From: an uncultured Alphaproteobacteria bacterium
GTDB lineage: Bacteria > Pseudomonadota > Alphaproteobacteria > HIMB59 > GCA-002718135
Assembly (NCBI GenBank): GCA_902560725.1
Contig: CACEMR010000002.1
Span: forward strand, 287-64,286
Direction: 5' to 3'
Length of the DNA: 64,000 nt
Shown: in pieces, positions 1 through 11,290 of the stretch
Numbering within the stretch: position 1 is the stretch's first letter
Layout of the letters: each line of letters begins with the position of its first letter
Made by a program: the position numbers and the translations under genes
The notes under the pieces: generated by a model
Databases searched by the model: none
What the model was told of the DNA's origin: nothing
Seen by the model: the letters and a program-made list of their open reading frames with translations, nothing else

Positions 1-2
1 TG

Positions 3-2171
3 GGGTTGTCTTTAGATTGGAAAAGAGAAATAGCAACATGTCATCCAGATTACTACAAACATGAACAAAAGTTTTTTATAGATTTATTCAATGCGGGTTT
101 AGCTTATAAAAAAGAGGCTGAAGTTAATTGGGATCCAGTTGATAAAACTGTATTAGCAAACGAACAGGTTATTGATGGAAAGGGTTGGAGATCTGGTGCT
201 GTTGTTGAAAAAAAGAAGTTATCTCAGTGGTTTTTAAAGACCTCTAAATATTCTGAAGAACTTCTTAATGATCTTGAAAAACTAGATAAGTGGCCAAATA
301 AAGTTAAAATAATGCAATCTAATTGGATAGGTCGTTCTGTAGGTGCTGAAATCGACTTCCAAGTATCTAATAGTGTTGATAAAATAAAAATTTTTACAAC
401 AAGGCCTGATACAATATATGGTGCTACTTTTTTAGCTTTATCAACTGACCACAAGATATCAAAGGGATTATCTAAAAAACACCCTACTATTAAAAAGTTT
501 ATAGAGGAGTGCAAAGTTATAAACCCTGATAAGGTCAAAAAAGGTTATAATACAGGCCTTACTGTTGATCACCCTTTTATCAAAGAAAAGAAAATTCCAG
601 TTTTTATCGCTAACTTTGTTCTAATGGAATATGGTTTGGGAGCAATTTTTGGATGTCCGGCTCACGATCAACGAGATTTAGATTTTGCCAATGAATACAA
701 TTTAGAGGTTGTAAGTGTTGTTAAGCCGGTTAGTTTAAAAGAGGAAGAATTTATAGTCGAAAAAATCGCTTTTACTGAAAATGGAAAAGTTATCAATTCA
801 GACTTTTTAAATGGACTAACAACTGAAAAAGCAAAAAATAAAATTATTGATGTTTTAGAAGAAAAAAAAATTGGGTGCAAAAAAATAAACTACAAACTTA
901 GAGATTGGGGAATTTCACGACAGAGATTTTGGGGGTGCCCAATACCAATAATCTACAGAGAAGACGGTGAGTTAAAACCAGTTGATATAGATAGTTTGCC
1001 AGTAAAGTTACCAGAGGTTGATAATTTTAATGAGTCAGAAAGTACTTTAAAAAATATTAGTGAATGGAAAGAAACAAAGTGTCAAGAAACAGGGATGAAA
1101 GCAATAAGAGAAACAGATACTTTTGATACTTTTTTTGAGTCTTCCTGGTATTATTTTAGGTATTGTAATGCTAGATCTGAAAAACCTTTTGAAAAAGAAG
1201 ATATTGATTATTGGCTGCCTGTTGATCAATACATTGGGGGTATAGAACATGCTATCTTACACTTACTTTATTCAAGATTTTTTACAAAAGCTTTAAGGGA
1301 TTTAGGTTATTTTAAACTAAACGAACCATTTGACGGTTTGTTTACTCAGGGGATGGTTACCCATCAAACATATAGAAACAAAAACAATGAATGGTTAGAA
1401 CCTGGAGAGATTAAAAAGGTTGGTAATAGTTTTTTTGATAAAGAAAATATTGAGGTAAAAATCGGTAAAATTGAAAAAATGAGTAAATCAAAAAAAAACG
1501 TTATTGACCCTAGTGAAATTATAAATCTTTATGGCGCAGATACTGCAAGGTGGTTTATGTTATCAGATAGCCCCCCTGATAGAGATTTGCAGTGGACTGA
1601 AACCGGTATTGCATCATCATATAAGTTTATTAATAAGATTTGGGACTTGTTAAGTAAGTATAAAAACTATTCTTTAAAAACCAAAACCGATGAAAATGTT
1701 TTAGACAGTTTCAGATTATTGACAAATGAAGTATCTCAAAATATTGAAGATTTTCAATTTAACAAATCAATTGCTAAAATATACGAGTATGTGAACTTGT
1801 TGAGTGATAGTTTGATAAAAAACATTTTAAATAAAGATGATTTTAACTGGTCTTTAAAAAGACTTGCAATATTATTACAACCATTCATACCACATATTAG
1901 TGAAGAAATATGGTTAAATTTAAGAAATGATGATCTTTGTATTAATCAAACATGGCCTGTGGAGAAAGTGTTTCAAAAAAATACAAAAATTAATATTGCT
2001 GTTCAAATTAATGGTAAAACAAGAGCTGTTATTGAGGTTAAAAGCGATACAAAAAAAGATGAGATAATTGAAATGACGAAAAAAGACATAAAGATAAAAA
2101 AATATTTAGAAAGTAAAGAAATTATTAAAGAAATTTACGTTCCAAATAAAATAATCAACTTTGTTTTATAG
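3..2171 (+). CDS. leuS: Leucyl-tRNA synthetase (5' end outside window)
   Basis: KMSKS motif, editing-domain TTRPDT and [35 protein letters not shown]; frame is open at the window start. Confidence 0.98.
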   Translation, partial: GLSLDWKREIATCHPDYYKHEQKFFIDLFNAGLAYKKEAEVNWDPVDKTVLANEQVIDGKGWRSGAVVEKKKLSQWFLKTSKYSEELLNDLEKLDKWPNKVKIMQSNWIGRSVGAEIDFQVSNSVDKIKIFTTRPDTIYGATFLALSTDHKISKGLSKKHPTIKKFIEECKVINPDKVKKGYNTGLTVDHPFIKEKKIPVFIANFVLMEYGLGAIFGCPAHDQRDLDFANEYNLEVVSVVKPVSLKEEEFIVEKIAFTENGKVINSDFLNGLTTEKAKNKIIDVLEEKKIGCKKINYKLRDWGISRQRFWGCPIPIIYREDGELKPVDIDSLPVKLPEVDNFNESESTLKNISEWKETKCQETGMKAIRETDTFDTFFESSWYYFRYCNARSEKPFEKEDIDYWLPVDQYIGGIEHAILHLLYSRFFTKALRDLGYFKLNEPFDGLFTQGMVTHQTYRNKNNEWLEPGEIKKVGNSFFDKENIEVKIGKIEKMSKSKKNVIDPSEIINLYGADTARWFMLSDSPPDRDLQWTETGIASSYKFINKIWDLLSKYKNYSLKTKTDENVLDSFRLLTNEVSQNIEDFQFNKSIAKIYEYVNLLSDSLIKNILNKDDFNWSLKRLAILLQPFIPHISEEIWLNLRNDDLCINQTWPVEKVFQKNTKINIAVQINGKTRAVIEVKSDTKKDEIIEMTKKDIKIKKYLESKEIIKEIYVPNKIINFVL

Positions 2172-2176
2172 TATAA

Positions 2177-2671
2177 ATGAAAAACCTTTTATTTTTTTTT
2201 ATTTTTTTTATTGTTTCTTGTGGTGGTGTTAATTTTGTTTACAAAGACAATATCAATTTAAACAACCCAATATACAACAAAACACTGGTTAGCTTTTCTG
2301 GAAAAACTTTTCCAGAGTTTTATAGATATGCTTCATTGTATTTTGGTAACACTAAGGAAAATGTTTATGGTCTAAATATAAATATAGAAGAAAAAAAAAT
2401 TAAAAGGTCTGTTCAAACCAATCAAGCAATTTCCAAAGTAGATTATGAGCTTAGATTTGATTATGAGTTATTTAGTGAAACAGAAAGATGTATTATTTAT
2501 AAAAAAAATATTTTATCAAGATTCTCTTTTGAACCAAAGTCTTCTGGTTATAATTTTGGATCTGATCAATCTCTTGAAAAGTTGTACGAACTTGCAACAA
2601 AGGAAAATTTTAAAAGATTTGTTGATTTTTATGCAAACGACAGAAACACAAGTTGTTCAAATGAAGGGTGA
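2177..2671 (+). CDS. lptE: LPS-assembly lipoprotein LptE-like
   Basis: Lipobox IVSC after a hydrophobic signal; conserved leuS-lptE-holA position; sequence divergent. Confidence 0.65.
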   Translation: MKNLLFFFIFFIVSCGGVNFVYKDNINLNNPIYNKTLVSFSGKTFPEFYRYASLYFGNTKENVYGLNINIEEKKIKRSVQTNQAISKVDYELRFDYELFSETERCIIYKKNILSRFSFEPKSSGYNFGSDQSLEKLYELATKENFKRFVDFYANDRNTSCSNEG

Positions 2672-3599
2672 AGCAATAAGTTTTGTTTTAAATAAAAATT
2701 TTCAACTAAATAAGAGTTTTTATTTTATTTCTGGAAATGAAAACACCCTTATGCAAAAAATAAAAGATTTGATTGTTGAAAAATCCAGAGACACTTCACC
2801 TATAGAGGTAAATCATTTAAAAACCTTGAGCGAAACAAATAATGATGTGGGTCTTTTTAGTAAAAATAAATTATATATAATATCTGATGCAAGGGGGATA
2901 AGTGAAAATGAACTAAACAAGATAGACAAAAGCGAAGATATTTTTATATTTTTTCTAGAGAACTCGCCTAAGATTAAAACAATTAAAAATATTTTTTTAA
3001 AAAGGTCAGACAGCTTGGTTTTTGATTGTTATGAGCTTTCAAAAGAACTTAAAACAAAAATTGTAAAAAATTATTTAACAGATATTGGAAGAAAATTGAA
3101 CCAGGACTTGTTTTGGTTACTTGTTGAAAAACTCGATAATAGATATGGTTTTTTAGAAAAGGAACTAGATAAGTTTAAAGAGTTAAATAATGACGATTTA
3201 AACGAGAAAGAAATAAAATCAGTAATTTCTAAGAACAGTTTTGATGTTGAGAGGGTTTTTTTTCAGGTGTTAAATAAAAATGAAGCAATTATAAATAAAT
3301 TCAATGAAAAAATTAAAAATAATGCTGAGGTTAATCAGCTTTATTATGTAATAAAACAATTCTCTTACTTGATAATAAGTAATAACAGCCAAGACGAATT
3401 TGAAAAAAATATTCCAAAGTATTTATTTCGTGAAAAAGGTTTTTTAATCGATTTATTCAAAAAATTTAACAAAAGTAAAAAAAAGTCTTTGTTAAACTTG
3501 CTTTTAAAAACTGAGGGGGAGATTAGAAAGACAAGTGACCTTTCTTTGGTATTGGTTCTTCGTTTTCTTTTAAATTTTAAAAAATTGACTACTTTTTAA
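2661..3599 (+). CDS. holA: DNA polymerase III delta subunit (divergent)
   Basis: Position after leuS-lptE; YFISGNE and EKELDK motifs; ATG 2661 preferred over 2445, which would overlap lptE by more than 200 nt. Confidence 0.7.
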   Translation: MKGEAISFVLNKNFQLNKSFYFISGNENTLMQKIKDLIVEKSRDTSPIEVNHLKTLSETNNDVGLFSKNKLYIISDARGISENELNKIDKSEDIFIFFLENSPKIKTIKNIFLKRSDSLVFDCYELSKELKTKIVKNYLTDIGRKLNQDLFWLLVEKLDNRYGFLEKELDKFKELNNDDLNEKEIKSVISKNSFDVERVFFQVLNKNEAIINKFNEKIKNNAEVNQLYYVIKQFSYLIISNNSQDEFEKNIPKYLFREKGFLIDLFKKFNKSKKKSLLNLLLKTEGEIRKTSDLSLVLVLRFLLNFKKLTTF

Positions 3600-4422
3600 G
3601 CCTTTTCATAATATCATCAAGTTGGTTAAGATCACTATAATATAAAGTTAAAGAACCTGAGGATCCACTTTCGTTAAATTGAATAGATGTTTTTAATCCT
3701 ATTTTGCTTGAGAGTTCTTTTTCAAGATCTAAAATATTTGGGTCTTTAGAGTTGTTTGTTTTTTTGGTTTTTTTAAATTTAGAGGTAATTTTTTCGACAT
3801 CTCTTACGCTTAAGTTTTTATTTACAATTTCTTTTGCTTTTTCAAGAGCGTTTGGAACACCTATCAGAGCCCTTGCGTGACCCATTGAAAGTTCCCCGCT
3901 TATTACCATTTGTTGTATTTTGCTATCTAGCTCTAAAAGCCTGAGAAGGTTTGATACATGACTTGGGCTTTTGCCAATAATTTTTGCTAATTGATCATTA
4001 GAAATGTTTTTAATTTGAATCAAGCCTTTATAGGCATTAGCCTCTTCAATTACGTTTAGGTCTTCTCTTTGAATGTTTTCAATTAAAGCGGACTCTAAAA
4101 CATCGGAGTTTTCTAATTCTTTAACAACACAATCTACTTCATGCAAGCCTGCTAACTGTGAAGCTCTCCACCGTCTTTCCCCTGCTATTATTTGATATTG
4201 ATTATCTTCCTCCAACCTAACTACAATTGGTTGAATTAATCCTTGGTTTTTTATTGATGTTGCAAGTTCATTTAGATCTGCTTCTTTAAAGTTTTTTCTT
4301 GGTTGTGTGGGGTTTGGTTTTATTTGAGAAATGTTTATTTTCTGGACTCCATAATTATCTTTGTTATTTGATGGCGATAACAAGGCCCCCAATCCCATAC
4401 CAAGTTTGTTTTCTCTGTTCAT
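3589..4422 (-). CDS. parB: Chromosome partitioning protein ParB
   Basis: LGMGLGALL, PNPTQPRKNF, IIAGERRWRA, IENIQREDL, HTH and GHARAL. Confidence 0.97.
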   Translation of the reverse strand: MNRENKLGMGLGALLSPSNNKDNYGVQKINISQIKPNPTQPRKNFKEADLNELATSIKNQGLIQPIVVRLEEDNQYQIIAGERRWRASQLAGLHEVDCVVKELENSDVLESALIENIQREDLNVIEEANAYKGLIQIKNISNDQLAKIIGKSPSHVSNLLRLLELDSKIQQMVISGELSMGHARALIGVPNALEKAKEIVNKNLSVRDVEKITSKFKKTKKTNNSKDPNILDLEKELSSKIGLKTSIQFNESGSSGSLTLYYSDLNQLDDIMKRLKK

Positions 4423-5189
4423 GATTTTACATTTTGGTTCAAAATTACTTCTTTTGCAAGCTCAATATAAGCTAAAGAGCCTGCACAATGTGTATCATAT
4501 ATAAGTGCTGGCTTTCCATGGCTTGGTGCTTCTGATATTTTTATATTTCTTGGTATTGTTGTTTTGTAAACTTTTTTTTCAAAGTGTTGTCTTACATCTT
4601 TTTCAACTAATGAGCTTAGAGAGTTTCTTTTATCTACCATTGTTAATAATATTCCTTCTATTTCCAACTTTTTATTATAACTTTGTTGAATTAGTTCAAT
4701 TGTTTTCATTAGTGCAGACAACCCCTCTAAGGCAAAAAATTCTGATTGAAGTGGGATAAGGGCTGAGTCTGATGCTACTAGTGAGTTGATTGTTAATAGC
4801 CCAAGCGCCGGTGGGCAATCTATAAAAACATAATCAAAATTATCTATTTCTTTAAAAATATTGGTGAAAGTATATTCTCTTTTATCAAAACTTGTTAATT
4901 CTACCTCTGCAGCGGCTAAATCGGTGTTGGCCCCTATTATGCTTAGTCCTGGGATTATTGTTTCTTTGATACCTTCCTTTAAAAGTTTTTTTTCATGTAT
5001 CATTTCATAAATCGAGGGGTCTCTTGATTTATAAGGAATACCCAATCCCGTGCTTGCATTACCTTGGGGGTCTGCATCAATGATTAAAACATTTTTTTTT
5101 ACTGCTGCTAGTGATGTTGCAAGATTTATGGTTGTTGTTGTTTTTCCAACTCCTCCTTTTTGATTAGTAACAGATATTATTTTAATCAT
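4419..5189 (-). CDS. parA: Chromosome partitioning ATPase ParA/Soj
   Basis: NQKGGVGKTTT deviant Walker A, DADPQGNAS, IDCPPALG, EAPSHGKP. Confidence 0.97.
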   Translation of the reverse strand: MIKIISVTNQKGGVGKTTTTINLATSLAAVKKNVLIIDADPQGNASTGLGIPYKSRDPSIYEMIHEKKLLKEGIKETIIPGLSIIGANTDLAAAEVELTSFDKREYTFTNIFKEIDNFDYVFIDCPPALGLLTINSLVASDSALIPLQSEFFALEGLSALMKTIELIQQSYNKKLEIEGILLTMVDKRNSLSSLVEKDVRQHFEKKVYKTTIPRNIKISEAPSHGKPALIYDTHCAGSLAYIELAKEVILNQNVKS

Positions 5190-5791
5190 AGTTTGCTGAA
5201 TTTTTTAATATTTAAAACATATCCCCCGCCAACACTTTTGCTTTCATAAAGCTTGTGTTGAAACTTAAAATATTTCTTTGCGTCATTAATTTCATCTTTA
5301 ACACTTCTTCCTTTAAGAAAAAGAAGTGATGTGTTTTTTTTTGTAAAAATAAGTGAATAATGTAAGATTTTTTTAAGTGGGGCAAAAGCTCTGCAAATAA
5401 CAAAGTCAAATTTCTTGTTTTTAATATTTTCTACCCTGGAGCAAATAGCTTTAACTGAGATTTTGCTTTCTTTTGAAAATTCCTTAATAAAGTTAATTTT
5501 TTTTAACTTTGAGTCGGCCAATAGAAGGTTTGTGTAACCATAAACAGTTAATACCAAGCCAGGAAGCCCGGCGCCTGTTCCTAAATCAATAATTGAAGAT
5601 TTTTTATCAGGAATAAATTTGGATAGTTGTAGTGAGTCATTTATGTGTCTGTCCCAAGGGTTTTTCAATGTTGATGATCCAACAAGGTTAAGATGTTGGT
5701 TCGTTTTTTTTAAACTTTCAAGATACAATTCAATTAAGCTAATTTGTTTTTTTGATAGGTTGTATTGTTTTATTAGAGTTTCTTTTTTCAA
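5186..5791 (-). CDS. rsmG: 16S rRNA m7G527 methyltransferase (GidB)
   Basis: RHINDSLQ, DLGTGAGLPG, CRAFA, LKG; lies between mnmG and parA; TTG start. Confidence 0.93.
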   Translation of the reverse strand: MKKETLIKQYNLSKKQISLIELYLESLKKTNQHLNLVGSSTLKNPWDRHINDSLQLSKFIPDKKSSIIDLGTGAGLPGLVLTVYGYTNLLLADSKLKKINFIKEFSKESKISVKAICSRVENIKNKKFDFVICRAFAPLKKILHYSLIFTKKNTSLLFLKGRSVKDEINDAKKYFKFQHKLYESKSVGGGYVLNIKKFSKL

Positions 5792-5793
5792 TA

Positions 5794-7668
5794 CTATGCT
5801 GCTTTTTTGTTTTTATTTTTTTTAATATATCTTAATATTGCTATAATTGCTGCTGGGGTAACTCCCGAAACTCTTGATGCCGCCCCTAAAGTAGGGGGTG
5901 TTATTTTAGACAGCTTCTCAATTATTTCATTTGATAGGCTTCCAACATAATTATAATTAATATTTTTAGGGATTTTTAAACCCTCCTCTTTTTTGAAATC
6001 CGAAATGTCTGCTCTTTGCCTATCAAGGTATCCTAAGTACTTTGCTTCTATTTCTATCTGTTCTATTGCGTCTTTGTTAAGTTTTTTAAGCTCTGGGAGT
6101 ATTTTTTTTAATTTGGCTGTTGTTATGTTTGTAAACGAAAGAAGCTCTATGATGTTTCTCTTTTTGCCATCTTTATTTATTTTGATACCCTTTTTTAACA
6201 ACTTGTTGGGGGTTATTTGAAAACTTCTTGCAAGTTTAAAACCATCTTTAATCATCTTTAATTTTTTATCAAAAAAATTTTTCCTTTCATCCCCTACACA
6301 ACCTATCTCAATACCAAGCGGTGTCAGTCTCTGGTCTGCATTGTCTGAGCGAAGCAAAAGTCTGTATTCTGATCTTGATGTGAACATTCTATAAGGTTCA
6401 TTTGTTCCTTTAGTAACTAGGTCGTCAATTAGCACACCGATATAACCATCCGACCTTGAAATAATAAATTTTTTATTACTTTTTGTAGTAATAGAGGCGT
6501 TTATTCCAGCAATTACCCCTTGTGCTGCAGCCTCTTCATAGCCAGTGGTTCCGTTTATCTGTCCTGCAAAAAAAAGATTTTTTATTTTTTTTGTTTCAAG
6601 AGTGTGTGTAAGCTCTTGTGGGTTTATAAAATCATATTCAATAGCGTAAGCTGGTTGTGTAATAACAACATTTTCTAAACCTTTAATCGTTTTAACAAAG
6701 CTCTCTTGTATTTCGGTTGGAAGCGATGAAGAAATGCCATTTGGATATATTAAGTCGCTTTCTAAGCCCTCGGGCTCAAGAAAAATTTGGTGAGATTTTC
6801 TGTTTTTAAACTTATTAACCTTGTCTTCTATTGATGGGCAATATCTAGCACCCATTGATTGAATCTCTCCGGAATACATTGGTGATAGTTTTAGATTTTT
6901 AGATATAATTTTGTGTGTTTTTTCATTTGTGTGGGTGATAAAACAGGATATTTGTGGGATGTGGATATCTCTGTTAATAAAAGAAAAGGGTATTTTGTTT
7001 TTATCCGCTGTTTGTTCTGATAAGTTGTTGAAATTTATAGATTTTTTTAACAATCTAGGGGGTGTTCCTGTCTTTAATCTGCCTATTGAAAACTTTAGTT
7101 CATTTAACTTGTCGGCAAGCCTAATTGATGGTTTGTCTCCAACTCTGCCTGCATCTTGTTTTTTAGAGCCTATCCTTATTAACCCTTTTAAAAACGTTCC
7201 TGTAGTTAACACAACTGAATCAGCTCCTATAGTTTGATTATTCTCTAATATAACACCGCTTACTGTTTTTTGAGAAATTAACAAATCTTCAACAGAGCCC
7301 TCAATAACAAAGAGGTTTTTTTGTTCTTTAACAAGTTTTTTAACAGCTTTTTTGTATAATTCTCTATCATTTTGAGCCCTTGGACCACGAACTGCTGCTC
7401 CTCGGCTTGAGTTAAGCATTCTAAATTGAATACAAGACAGATCTGTTGCTTTTGCCATTATTCCATCAAGAGCATCTATTTCTTTAACCAGATGCCCTTT
7501 TCCTAGACCGCCTATTGCAGGGTTGCATGACATTTCTCCAATTTTATCAACTTTGTGGGTAACTAAAGCCGTTTTACTTCCTGTTCTTGCTGAAGCACAA
7601 GCAGCTTCAACACCAGCATGACCGCCCCCTATAACAACAACATCATATTTTAAATCAAAATTTTTCAC
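5794..7668 (-). CDS. mnmG: tRNA uridine 5-carboxymethylaminomethyl modification enzyme (GidA)
   Basis: [13 protein letters not shown] motif, [34 protein letters not shown]; GTG start. Confidence 0.98.
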   Translation of the reverse strand: MKNFDLKYDVVVIGGGHAGVEAACASARTGSKTALVTHKVDKIGEMSCNPAIGGLGKGHLVKEIDALDGIMAKATDLSCIQFRMLNSSRGAAVRGPRAQNDRELYKKAVKKLVKEQKNLFVIEGSVEDLLISQKTVSGVILENNQTIGADSVVLTTGTFLKGLIRIGSKKQDAGRVGDKPSIRLADKLNELKFSIGRLKTGTPPRLLKKSINFNNLSEQTADKNKIPFSFINRDIHIPQISCFITHTNEKTHKIISKNLKLSPMYSGEIQSMGARYCPSIEDKVNKFKNRKSHQIFLEPEGLESDLIYPNGISSSLPTEIQESFVKTIKGLENVVITQPAYAIEYDFINPQELTHTLETKKIKNLFFAGQINGTTGYEEAAAQGVIAGINASITTKSNKKFIISRSDGYIGVLIDDLVTKGTNEPYRMFTSRSEYRLLLRSDNADQRLTPLGIEIGCVGDERKNFFDKKLKMIKDGFKLARSFQITPNKLLKKGIKINKDGKKRNIIELLSFTNITTAKLKKILPELKKLNKDAIEQIEIEAKYLGYLDRQRADISDFKKEEGLKIPKNINYNYVGSLSNEIIEKLSKITPPTLGAASRVSGVTPAAIIAILRYIKKNKNKKAA

Positions 7669-7676
7669 GTGAAATT
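7661..7676. promoter_or_regulatory. parS centromere-like site 1
   Basis: TTTTTCACGTGAAATT with perfect 12-bp core TTTCACGTGAAA of the parS consensus TGTTTCACGTGAAACA; overlaps the mnmG GTG start, matching the gidA-upstream parS location known in Caulobacter. Confidence 0.8.
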
Positions 7677-8964
7677 ACTTTCCTATACAAAAATCAGAAA
7701 ATATTATATCTAAAATTTCCTCAATATCAAACTTTTGATTAATTCCTCTAATTGAGGTTAGAGAGTTTCTTATGTTTTCTGCTGATATATCAATTTCTTT
7801 AAAATTGGTTTTTTTTAAACTAATTAGTGCTTTTTTTAAACTATTAACATGTCTTTCACGTGAAAAGATCGTGTCTTCAATAACATTGTTTTCAAGTTTT
7901 TTAGATATCTTGTTTAAAAGGTTTTTTACTCCATAGCCAGATTTGCTTGAAATGTTGTGAATTCCTTTAATTTTAATCTTGTTTATATCAAATTTAGATT
8001 TTACAAATATTTTATTTTTAATGCTTTTATAGCTGTTTTTTTCCTTATTTTTTAAAAAAATAATGTTTAGGTCTGATTTTTTTGCGCTTTTTAGCGATTT
8101 CTCTATTCCTATTTTCTCTATAAGGTTTCTATATTTTCTTATTCCAGCTGTATCAATAAATGTATATTTGTTACCATTTATATCTAGTATTGAAGTTACC
8201 AAGTCTGTTGTTGTACCTGGAATGTTGGTGACTATAGATATTTCTTTGTTGTTTATATAGTTTATAAATGAAGATTTACCTGTGTTTGGTTTACCTATTA
8301 GTGTTATAGTATATCCACTAAAAATTTCTTTTGATAAAAGAGATTGTTCAATAGTTTTTTCTAACAAATTAACAATGTTCTTTTTTTGTTCTTTTATCTT
8401 TTTATATAAGTCCTTTGGAAGCTCCTCGTCTACAAAGTCTATTATGGCCTCAACATCAGCTAGAAGTTTCATAGTTTTTGTAGATATATTTTCAACAAAC
8501 TCTTCAAGACCTCCTGTAAAGTTTTTAATTGCAATTCTTCTTTGGTTTTCGGTTTCTGCGTTTACTATGTCGTTTATTGACTCTGCCTCTAAAACCGTAA
8601 GCTTGTCGTTAAGCAACGCCCTTTTGGTAAACTCTCCAGGTTCGGCTGTTCTAAAGTTGTTTGCTATAAGTGTTTCGTTAATTTTGTTAATAATAGCAAC
8701 ACTTCCATGACATGATATTTCAACCATCTCTTCACCTGTGTAGCTTTTTGGTTTTTTAAATACTGTTATGATAACCTGATCAATTATTTCTTTGTTTTTG
8801 TTTAGAATATAACAAACCGTGGGTGTTTTTTCTTTAATGGTTTTTTTGTTTATAATTTTTGTTATTGATTTAATAGACGTGCTGCCTGAAAGTCTAAAAA
8901 GAGCTATTGCTGACTTTGATTTTTTAGTTGCTAAGGCAAATATCTTATCTGAGTTTTTTCGCAT
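7675..8964 (-). CDS. mnmE: tRNA modification GTPase MnmE (TrmE)
   Basis: PKSYTGE, CHGS, AEPGEFTKRA, GKPNTGKSS, DTAGIR, C-terminal FCIGK. Confidence 0.95.
   Translation of the reverse strand: MRKNSDKIFALATKKSKSAIALFRLSGSTSIKSITKIINKKTIKEKTPTVCYILNKNKEIIDQVIITVFKKPKSYTGEEMVEISCHGSVAIINKINETLIANNFRTAEPGEFTKRALLNDKLTVLEAESINDIVNAETENQRRIAIKNFTGGLEEFVENISTKTMKLLADVEAIIDFVDEELPKDLYKKIKEQKKNIVNLLEKTIEQSLLSKEIFSGYTITLIGKPNTGKSSFINYINNKEISIVTNIPGTTTDLVTSILDINGNKYTFIDTAGIRKYRNLIEKIGIEKSLKSAKKSDLNIIFLKNKEKNSYKSIKNKIFVKSKFDINKIKIKGIHNISSKSGYGVKNLLNKISKKLENNVIEDTIFSRERHVNSLKKALISLKKTNFKEIDISAENIRNSLTSIRGINQKFDIEEILDIIFSDFCIGK
7852..7867. promoter_or_regulatory. parS centromere-like site 2 (inside mnmE)
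   Basis: TCTTTCACGTGAAAAG, same 12-bp palindromic core, about 190 bp from site 1. Confidence 0.7.
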
Positions 8965-9021
8965 TACAGTTGCGCAAATAAACTCTAAGTAATTACAAGT
9001 CTATATTTTTAAATTGCTAAA

Positions 9022-10281
9022 TTATTTAGTGCCCATGCTTTGGAAAAAATCGTTGTTAGTTTTGCTATTTTTCATTTTATCTAACAAAAATTCCATTGCT
9101 TCTGTGGTGCCCATTGGTGACAGGATTTTTCTTAAAATATAAATTTTCCCTAATTCGTCTTTGTCTAAAAGTAGTTCTTCTTTCCTTGTGCCAGATTTTC
9201 CAATATCGAAAGCTGGGTAGGTTCTTTTTTGACTGAGCTTTCTATCTAAAACCATTTCACTATTACCGGTTCCTTTGAACTCTTCAAAAATAACTTCATC
9301 CATTCTGCTTCCAGTGTCTATCAAAGCTGTTGCTATAATGGTTAAAGATCCTCCCTTTTCTACATTTCTAGCTGCACCAAAAAACCTTTTTGGTCTTTGA
9401 AGAGCGTTAGCATCAACGCCCCCTGTAAGCACTTTTCCACTTGAAGGAACAACTGTATTATATGCTCTTCCAAGCCTTGTTATAGAGTCTAAAAGAATAA
9501 CAACATCGTGTTTATATTCAACTAACCTTTTTGCTTTTTCAATAACCATCTCTGCTACTTGAACATGGCGTGAAGCTGGTTCATCAAATGTTGAGCTTAT
9601 TACCTCTCCTTTAACTAAAGATCTTTGCATATCCGTTACTTCTTCTGGTCTTTCATCAATTAGAAGAACTATTAGTTTTGTATCTGGGCTATTAGCAGTT
9701 ATGGCATTTGCTATTTTCTGCATTATGATAGTTTTTCCAGTAAAGGGCTGTGCAACTATTAATTGCCTCTGTCCCTTTCCAAGAGGAGCAATAATATCTA
9801 TTATTCTTTCTGTAAGATCTGGCATAGGTTTTTCTTGCTCTAGTTTAAATCTAGAATCAGGATAAAGCGGGGTTAAGTCTTCAAAATTAACTCTGTTTTT
9901 AACTTGATCCACGTTCTCACCATTAATTTCATTAATTTTAATAATTGCAAAATACCTCTCTCCTTGTTTTGGAGATCTAATCTCTCCTTCAACACTATCG
10001 CCTGTCCTTAGGCTAAATTTTTTAATTTGAGATGGTGATACGTAAATATCATCCGGTCCAGGTAAATAGTTTGATTCTGACGAACGTAAAAAACCAAAGC
10101 CATCTTGCATGATTTCTATCACACCAATTCCAGTTATCGCCGTCCCTTCCTCAGCAATTGTTTTTAAAATTGAAAACATCAGATCTTGTTTTCTCAAAGA
10201 AGACGGATTTTCTATACCAAGTTTATCAGCCTGCTTTAAAAGCTCTTCTGGATTTTTACTTTTTAATTCTTGTAAATTCAT
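9022..10281 (-). CDS. rho: Transcription termination factor Rho
   Basis: [56 protein letters not shown]. Confidence 0.98.
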   Translation of the reverse strand: MNLQELKSKNPEELLKQADKLGIENPSSLRKQDLMFSILKTIAEEGTAITGIGVIEIMQDGFGFLRSSESNYLPGPDDIYVSPSQIKKFSLRTGDSVEGEIRSPKQGERYFAIIKINEINGENVDQVKNRVNFEDLTPLYPDSRFKLEQEKPMPDLTERIIDIIAPLGKGQRQLIVAQPFTGKTIIMQKIANAITANSPDTKLIVLLIDERPEEVTDMQRSLVKGEVISSTFDEPASRHVQVAEMVIEKAKRLVEYKHDVVILLDSITRLGRAYNTVVPSSGKVLTGGVDANALQRPKRFFGAARNVEKGGSLTIIATALIDTGSRMDEVIFEEFKGTGNSEMVLDRKLSQKRTYPAFDIGKSGTRKEELLLDKDELGKIYILRKILSPMGTTEAMEFLLDKMKNSKTNNDFFQSMGTK

Positions 10282-10694
10282 ATTGTGGGGGTTGAAATTA
10301 GAAATGAATTTTCTTAATACAAAAAATAAATATTAATGTCAAAATAAATTATATTTATTTATTTATATAAATTGTTGTATTATTTGGGGCTGTAAATTGC
10401 ATTAATATAATAACTTCAATATTTTTTCCAAAACATACCAACATCTTAACAGGTTGTTAGTTTATAATGTTAATAAATTTATAAGACTCAATTATGATTA
10501 TTTTACAGCAATTTAAAATTTGATAAAAACATTAATATGATGTTAAAGAATTTGAATATAATTAATAATAACATCCTATGGATATTTATAGTCTAGTTTA
10601 TTAAGTTGTTAGTAATCGATTTATTAAAAAGAACCAACTATTCCTTAATTCAAATCATTCTTAATTGTGTTAATAAATAAAACAATTATTAACA
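10282..10694. other. Putative chromosomal replication origin (oriC)
   Basis: Very AT-rich ~410 bp gap between divergent rho-mnmE-mnmG-parAB and maf-aroE-coaE-dnaQ, the typical alphaproteobacterial origin context; three TTATTAACA DnaA-box-like 9-mers (10468-10476, 10668-10676, 10686-10694); parS sites about 2.5 kb away; strand composition flips here. Confidence 0.75.
10532..10546. promoter_or_regulatory. CtrA-box-like site in the putative oriC
   Basis: TTAA-TATGATG-TTAA fits TTAA-N7-TTAA; a second near match TTAA-N7-TTAG at 10446-10460; could arise by chance in AT-rich DNA. Confidence 0.4.
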
Positions 10695-11290
10695 TGATTA
10701 CACACAGAACCTATATTTTAGCAAGCTCAAGCTCATCAAGATATAACATACTAAAGAGCGCAGGCTTAAAGTTTAAGAAAACAAAACCACTTTGCAACGA
10801 AGAAGAAATTAAAAACAAAATTTCCAAAAAAAACAAACCAAGTTTTGTTGCAAAAAAACTATCATTTGAAAAAGCAAAAAGCGTAAGTGAAACAAAAAAA
10901 TATAACAATGATTATGTAATTGGTTGCGATACATTAATATACCTAAACAAAACAATTTTTAACAAAGCAAAATCAATAAAGGAAGCGCGAACAAAAATCA
11001 AAAAACTGTCTGGAAAAAAACACAAAATTATTTCAGGCGTTACCATTTGTAGAAAAGGAAAAAAGGTTTGGCAATGCTCATCAACTACCGATGTAGTAAT
11101 CAGAAAAATAAATGAGCATCAAATTAACAAGTATTTAAAACAAACAGGACCACAAGTACTAAACTCAGTTGGGTGTTATCAAATAGAGTCTTTGGGTCCA
11201 ATTATTATTGAGGATATAAAAGGGGATTTTTTTAACGTTATGGGTCTTCCATTGTTTAAGTTATTAAAATATGTATCTAAAAACAAATGA
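10694..11290 (+). CDS. maf: Maf family nucleoside triphosphate pyrophosphatase
   Basis: ILASSSSSRYNIL, VIGCDT, LSGKKH, VGCYQIE, NVMGLPL; ATG at 10694 chosen. Confidence 0.9.
   Translation: MITHRTYILASSSSSRYNILKSAGLKFKKTKPLCNEEEIKNKISKKNKPSFVAKKLSFEKAKSVSETKKYNNDYVIGCDTLIYLNKTIFNKAKSIKEARTKIKKLSGKKHKIISGVTICRKGKKVWQCSSTTDVVIRKINEHQINKYLKQTGPQVLNSVGCYQIESLGPIIIEDIKGDFFNVMGLPLFKLLKYVSKNK

Noticed and set aside
2445-2660. Long N-terminal extension of the holA ORF
   Set aside because: Overlaps lptE in another frame; ATG 2661 gives a normal size and a short overlap
10521-10548. dif-like XerD arm (TGATGTTAAAG at 10538-10548) at the skew switch
   Set aside because: No XerC arm (no CATAA) at the right spacing, and parAB/parS/gidA/maf context supports an origin
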